Positions 59,742 through 64,000 of a stretch of DNA of 64,000 bases are shown here, one piece after another. Position 1 is the first letter of the stretch. Each line of letters begins with the position of its first letter. The stretch is taken from the NCBI GenBank assembly GCA_965649265.1, contig CBFGKC010000005.1, positions 32,001-96,000 of the forward strand, given 5' to 3'. The position numbers were made by a program, and so were the translations under genes. Under the pieces are notes generated by a model that was given only the letters and a program-made list of their open reading frames with translations, ran no database searches and had not been told where the DNA came from. Source of the stretch: a candidate division WOR-3 bacterium. GTDB taxonomy: Bacteria > Hydrothermota > Tepidihabitantia > B3-TA06.

Positions 59742-60263
59742 TCAACCCCCGGTTGCCTTGAGATCATTCTTCCTCCTGTAGTTCTGAACTGCGAGCCTCA
59801 CGCCGTAGATTATCCCTGCCAGGACGAAGGACAGAAGACAGATAACATGGATCTGGCCGCTTGTAAGAAGCCTGTAAAAGGGATTGGCGGTGAGCGGAAA
59901 GAACGGCATGAATTCGGCGTGGAAGATAGAATCCGTGAAGATGTGTAGTGAGGTACCCGAAAAGACGCCGAGGAGAATGAATGAAAAAGTCTGAGATTGC
60001 TCGAGTTTGAGGGCCGAGAGGAGCCGGGCCAAAGGCTTGCGGGTAGCGAAGAGGAGCAGGGATACGGGTATTGATACGAGAAGCCCGCCAAGCAGGGTGT
60101 GAAAGAATCCGTGCAGCGGCTGGTTAAGCTGAAGAAGGATGATCGTCAGGGGTTCGATATCGATAAGGATTGACCCAGCGAGAAAAGCTGGTATATGGAA
60201 TACGCGTTTTATGCCCACTACGGCCGCGAGGCTCGGGCCGAGATGAAAGGGGGTAAACGGCAT
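59742..60263 (-). CDS. Membrane metal-dependent hydrolase-like protein
   Basis: PFTPFH.GP, D.EP, HG..HT, H...D...H, PF.P...NPF. Confidence 0.7.
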   Translation of the reverse strand: MPFTPFHLGPSLAAVVGIKRVFHIPAFLAGSILIDIEPLTIILLQLNQPLHGFFHTLLGGLLVSIPVSLLLFATRKPLARLLSALKLEQSQTFSFILLGVFSGTSLHIFTDSIFHAEFMPFFPLTANPFYRLLTSGQIHVICLLSFVLAGIIYGVRLAVQNYRRKNDLKATGG

Positions 60264-60377
60264 CTCTAGCGCCCTGTTTTGAGAGATATGATTATTTCCA
60301 TCTTTTTTAAGACTCCGCGAAACTGTGAAAAGTGAACCTGATATTTGAGGGTTTCCGAGTCTGGACTGGTCTCTTTT

Positions 60378-60935
60378 CTAGCTGGAGAGAAACACGGCTT
60401 TGTCAATAATACCCTCGATGAATTCCGATTTGGCGTTTGTATATCCTTCACGATCTCGGCCGTACTCGTCTGCAAGCCGCTTCTTGAGTTCGTAGTAGTC
60501 CCTTGCGACTCCGGGATGTGTTCTCAGGTAGTCGCGGAACAGTATGTGCTTATTAAAGAACGGACTCGGATACTTGACAAGGTGCAGATGAACACGCGGA
60601 GCAATCCCCGGGGTTTTACCCAGACAGTAGAACCACTCGTCGTGACCCGGCTCGGGTGTTACGGGTGTTGCTTCCGTGAAATCCACGGCTTCGAGCAGGA
60701 GGCGGCATTCCTCAGCCGCCTGGCGATTCTTGACCCCTGCCATTATGTCCACAATGTCCTTGGCTCCCAGGCCGTGAACGGACGTGCTGCCGATATGCTC
60801 TATGATGAGCGCCATCTCACCGAGCGTGTCGGAGATAACGGCTTTCTCTATTTCGAAGATACCAGGCCAGCGGGAATCATAAGGGACGATTACTACAGGT
60901 GGTTTAACAAAACCGCTTTCAGGTGAGAATTTCAA
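60378..60935 (-). CDS. GrpB (UPF0157) family protein
   Basis: YD..WP..F, EHIGSTSV.GL.AK..VDI, FRDYLR, Y..LK, YT..K..FI. Confidence 0.9.
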   Translation of the reverse strand: MKFSPESGFVKPPVVIVPYDSRWPGIFEIEKAVISDTLGEMALIIEHIGSTSVHGLGAKDIVDIMAGVKNRQAAEECRLLLEAVDFTEATPVTPEPGHDEWFYCLGKTPGIAPRVHLHLVKYPSPFFNKHILFRDYLRTHPGVARDYYELKKRLADEYGRDREGYTNAKSEFIEGIIDKAVFLSS

Positions 60936-61354
60936 CCGTCTTCCCTGTAGACGAACATCACTGCGTCAGGGGATTGCCTTATGCCCCCGGTGGACTCGTA
61001 TAGCCTCATCGCGGCGGCATTCGCTTCTTCGGTGAGCACAAACATCTTGGTCACGTTTCGTTCTCTGCAAATCTTCTTGAGTTCCTGTATCAGACGCTTG
61101 CCTGCGCCTTGTTTTAGATGCTCGGGAAGCACGTCGATGGAGTAGAGGAAGATCATAGGCTTTTCTGTCTCGATCCTTTGGAGCTCGTACGCATAGAGAA
61201 AACCGACCAGTCCACCTTCGGCATATGCTGCAAGGAGATGGTTGGCCTCCCCTGCAAGGAATTCAGGATTGAGTTTGCCCTTCGGCCAGAAACGCTCGAC
61301 TATTCCCTTGGCTAGGGCTTCATCACCCTGTTTGAGTCTTTTGATCTCGAACAT
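60932..61354 (-). CDS. GNAT family N-acetyltransferase
   Basis: V.PE..KQG.G..L, N.AA..LYES.G. Confidence 0.85.
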   Translation of the reverse strand: MFEIKRLKQGDEALAKGIVERFWPKGKLNPEFLAGEANHLLAAYAEGGLVGFLYAYELQRIETEKPMIFLYSIDVLPEHLKQGAGKRLIQELKKICRERNVTKMFVLTEEANAAAMRLYESTGGIRQSPDAVMFVYREDG

Positions 61355-61361
61355 TGGAGTT

Positions 61362-62177
61362 TTAATCTTGAGGACAGGGCCGGCCCCAGGTTATTTGCGC
61401 CCGAACCTCCATCTGGAGCATATCACCCTCGACATGGCGGGAAAGGAGGCTGCGAAGCTCGTCGTCGAATTCGTCCGCGGCGGTCTCGCCCATCTTTACG
61501 CGGGCCATGTCGCTGCGCGAATGGAACTGCTCAATGTAATCATCGACCTTCTGCCTGAAGATCTCCGGAGCGGTCTTCTTTTCTCCGCATATTTCGAAGA
61601 GGCCAGCCTTCACGAGTTCGGCTGGTGCAGTAGTCGGCCTTGGGTACTCGTACCCCCTGGTCCTGCGCCTGAGCGTTCTAAGATCCTCCTCCCACGGCAA
61701 GGTACCGAAGGAGTTGTAGATTATTGCGAGATACCCGTTGGGTGTGAGCGTACTTGCGAACCTGGGCATGACGACGTTCCAGTCGAGCCAGTGAATGCTC
61801 ATGGCCGCAACGATCTGTGCGTACGGGGGATCGAGGACTGCATCCTCTGCATTCCCGAGTATCCAGCGGATCCTGGGACTATTGCCACCCGGCATCATTT
61901 TACCTTCCTCGATCATGGCGGACGAGGGATCGAGCGCGTCAACGCAATCAACGAAATCGAGGATGTTTCGAGCCACCGCGCCGGTACCGCACCCGACGTC
62001 GAGGACGTGACGAGGTTCGTCCTTTATTAGTTCGCGAAGTATCTCGAACGTTTCATCGGGATAGGGTGCCCTGTGGCGATAGGCCTTTACGGCGTCTCTG
62101 TCGAGAAAAGACTCCGCTCTTTCCTTGCTCCACGATTCATGCTTCATTTTCTTTCCCGGCCGCCGACTTGTTCGCAT
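61362..62177 (-). CDS. Class I SAM-dependent methyltransferase
   Basis: Y..R.PYP, VLDVGCGTG, DPS..M, HWLD. Confidence 0.9.
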   Translation of the reverse strand: MRTSRRPGKKMKHESWSKERAESFLDRDAVKAYRHRAPYPDETFEILRELIKDEPRHVLDVGCGTGAVARNILDFVDCVDALDPSSAMIEEGKMMPGGNSPRIRWILGNAEDAVLDPPYAQIVAAMSIHWLDWNVVMPRFASTLTPNGYLAIIYNSFGTLPWEEDLRTLRRRTRGYEYPRPTTAPAELVKAGLFEICGEKKTAPEIFRQKVDDYIEQFHSRSDMARVKMGETAADEFDDELRSLLSRHVEGDMLQMEVRAQITWGRPCPQD

Positions 62178-62212
62178 TCATGCCGCATAATCCTTATTTT
62201 TGAAATCCTCTT

Positions 62213-63856
62213 TTACCTCGCCACTACTATTCTTTCAACCGCTCTTGAGCGATCTGTTTCAAGCGTAACGAAATACACTCCGGGGCTTACCCTTCGGCCC
62301 ATGTCGTCATGACCATCCCAGCTCACGGTGTATCCTCCGGCTGATTTTACCTCATGGACAAGCATTCTCACCTCACTACCTGTAACATCATACAACATCA
62401 TACGGACGTTTGTGGAGGAAGCAAGCTGGTAAGAAATAGTTGCCGCGTCCTTGATTAATACGGGTGTGATTTCGAGCATGGTCATACCCGCTGGTGCGCC
62501 TTCGGAAACCCCGGAAAGCTCTATCGGACCCTTGGGCGCAAGATCCCTGCCCTCGAACGCAGGGTAGTCGAGAGCGTATCGCCGGATCTTGAAAACGTCG
62601 TTACCTGAAGGCACGGTTCCCTGCTTGATCGGACCCGTGGATATCACGGGGTTCACGTAACGCCACACCTCCTCGCCGTCAGGAGTAACCTCAAATAAAG
62701 CCCCATGGGGTCCGTCACATATGAGTGTATTTCCGTTAGGTAAGCGCTGCGCACCAGAGATATATACCGAGAAAAAATCTCCGGGCTCAGGCGCGTTCCA
62801 TGACCAGCAAGGCTCTGTCGGACCGTACGGTAACCCGCCCTGATAGTTGCCTCCCGTGTCCACCGGAGGCGTTATCTCGTCCACCGAAGAGTAGATCCGG
62901 TTAAGATCCTCTCCGCCGTTATTGAATATCAAGATGTTTCCTGCGCCGGGCATGCCCGACTCCACCCACGTACCCGCGTGCGGATAGAATAACTTCTGGC
63001 TCTCCAGGGTCCCGTACCCGTAGTTCCGGGGATTGCCCCAGCGGTACAACAGATCCCCCCCCTTGCCGTATCTGCCGCCCGCATGACCCGCGGCCTCCTC
63101 GGTTGTAGTGCCGTGATCGATGACCCATATCTCGCTGTAAATCCTGCTTGTGAGCACTATCTGGTCGAATTCCTCGTTGTAGCCGATCGAGTTCACATGC
63201 ATAAAGTCAGCCCTCATAGGTTGTTCCGCGTTCAGGTTTATGAGTTCGGGGTAGGCTTTAACCATACCGTAATTATCCTTTGTGGAATCGTAGTTCTGAA
63301 CCAGGTGATCCCATGCATGCCACTGCCAGACTATATCACCCCCGGAGGGTCCGTTCGGCCTGACCTCGATCACGCTTTCAGAGTACAGTCGCCTGCCAAA
63401 AGTGGCAGGATTAGCGCCAGCCTCTATTGCCTGGATGGAATCTTTCAATTCCAGTACAATCATGAGGACGTTACCCGAAGGCAATACCGCTATGTCGTGA
63501 TGCCTGGAATAACCGTCGCCAGAGCAATTGTATCGCCATGCCAGATTACCGTCCCAGTCCAGCTTCTCCACCCCGCTTATTCCGGTAGTACCACCTGTAA
63601 TGAAAGTGCGATAAAGACAGCCGTCCTCGGTAAGATAGGCCATATATCCAGGTATGAATTCGCTCTGCCAGGAATGGACCAGCAAGCCTTCATTGTTGAT
63701 CAGATAGCTGGTCCTGAAAGACATGGGGGAAAACAAAGTGTAACCCTCGAATGAACCGGGATCGTTGCGGATCAAACCCACGGTGTTTTCCTCTGCATTT
63801 ACCAAGATGCTCCCCATCAAACCAACCAGTAAACCCAACAAAATTTTGCTCTTCAT
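62213..63856 (-). CDS. Aryl-sulfate sulfotransferase family protein with FlgD-Ig/T9SS-like C-terminal domain
   Basis: HHD...LP.GN.L, H.NSI, GDLLYRWGNP, AQRLPNGNTLI; C-terminal YDVTG..V...WDG.D..G..V..GVYF. Confidence 0.85.
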   Translation of the reverse strand: MKSKILLGLLVGLMGSILVNAEENTVGLIRNDPGSFEGYTLFSPMSFRTSYLINNEGLLVHSWQSEFIPGYMAYLTEDGCLYRTFITGGTTGISGVEKLDWDGNLAWRYNCSGDGYSRHHDIAVLPSGNVLMIVLELKDSIQAIEAGANPATFGRRLYSESVIEVRPNGPSGGDIVWQWHAWDHLVQNYDSTKDNYGMVKAYPELINLNAEQPMRADFMHVNSIGYNEEFDQIVLTSRIYSEIWVIDHGTTTEEAAGHAGGRYGKGGDLLYRWGNPRNYGYGTLESQKLFYPHAGTWVESGMPGAGNILIFNNGGEDLNRIYSSVDEITPPVDTGGNYQGGLPYGPTEPCWSWNAPEPGDFFSVYISGAQRLPNGNTLICDGPHGALFEVTPDGEEVWRYVNPVISTGPIKQGTVPSGNDVFKIRRYALDYPAFEGRDLAPKGPIELSGVSEGAPAGMTMLEITPVLIKDAATISYQLASSTNVRMMLYDVTGSEVRMLVHEVKSAGGYTVSWDGHDDMGRRVSPGVYFVTLETDRSRAVERIVVAR

Positions 63857-64000
63857 GATTCGTATTCCTTTCGTCCTTTGACGTGCCCCGAGTGTAGCCA
63901 AATAGTGCAACACGAAGTGCTAACTACTTTTTCTTATCTGATCAGTACTATTCTTCTCTTGAGATTTGAACCGGCAGTCTCCAGGCTGCAGAAGTATACT

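Overview
Bacterial chromosomal window. Gingipain-like and T9SS/FlgD-Ig-type C-terminal-domain proteins suggest an FCB-associated candidate lineage such as WOR-3 (inference only). Left half: a partial C25 peptidase, a LysW-like acidic Zn-ribbon protein, a housekeeping run (glmM, glmS, recA, recX, alaS, scpB, DUF4416, queD-like), a six-gene alpha-2-macroglobulin envelope operon, and SPFH, recF, DUF721, gyrB, an M42 peptidase and an EF-G paralog. Right half is accessory: REP-like palindrome clusters, secreted repeat proteins, a tandem array of five paralogous B12-domain-type radical SAM genes downstream of two LVIVD-repeat proteins sharing a CPCGP motif, four DUF3795 Cys-rich proteins in two units with a duplicated promoter/operator, and small detox-type enzymes. 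Sequence-level patterns: most recognisable sigma70 promoters have a 16-bp spacer, several genes look leaderless or coupled to short uORFs, and one 9-bp repeat unit is embedded in frame in three unrelated genes. No rRNA, tRNA, CRISPR array or transposase was recognised. All family calls come from motif recognition by eye, not database searches.
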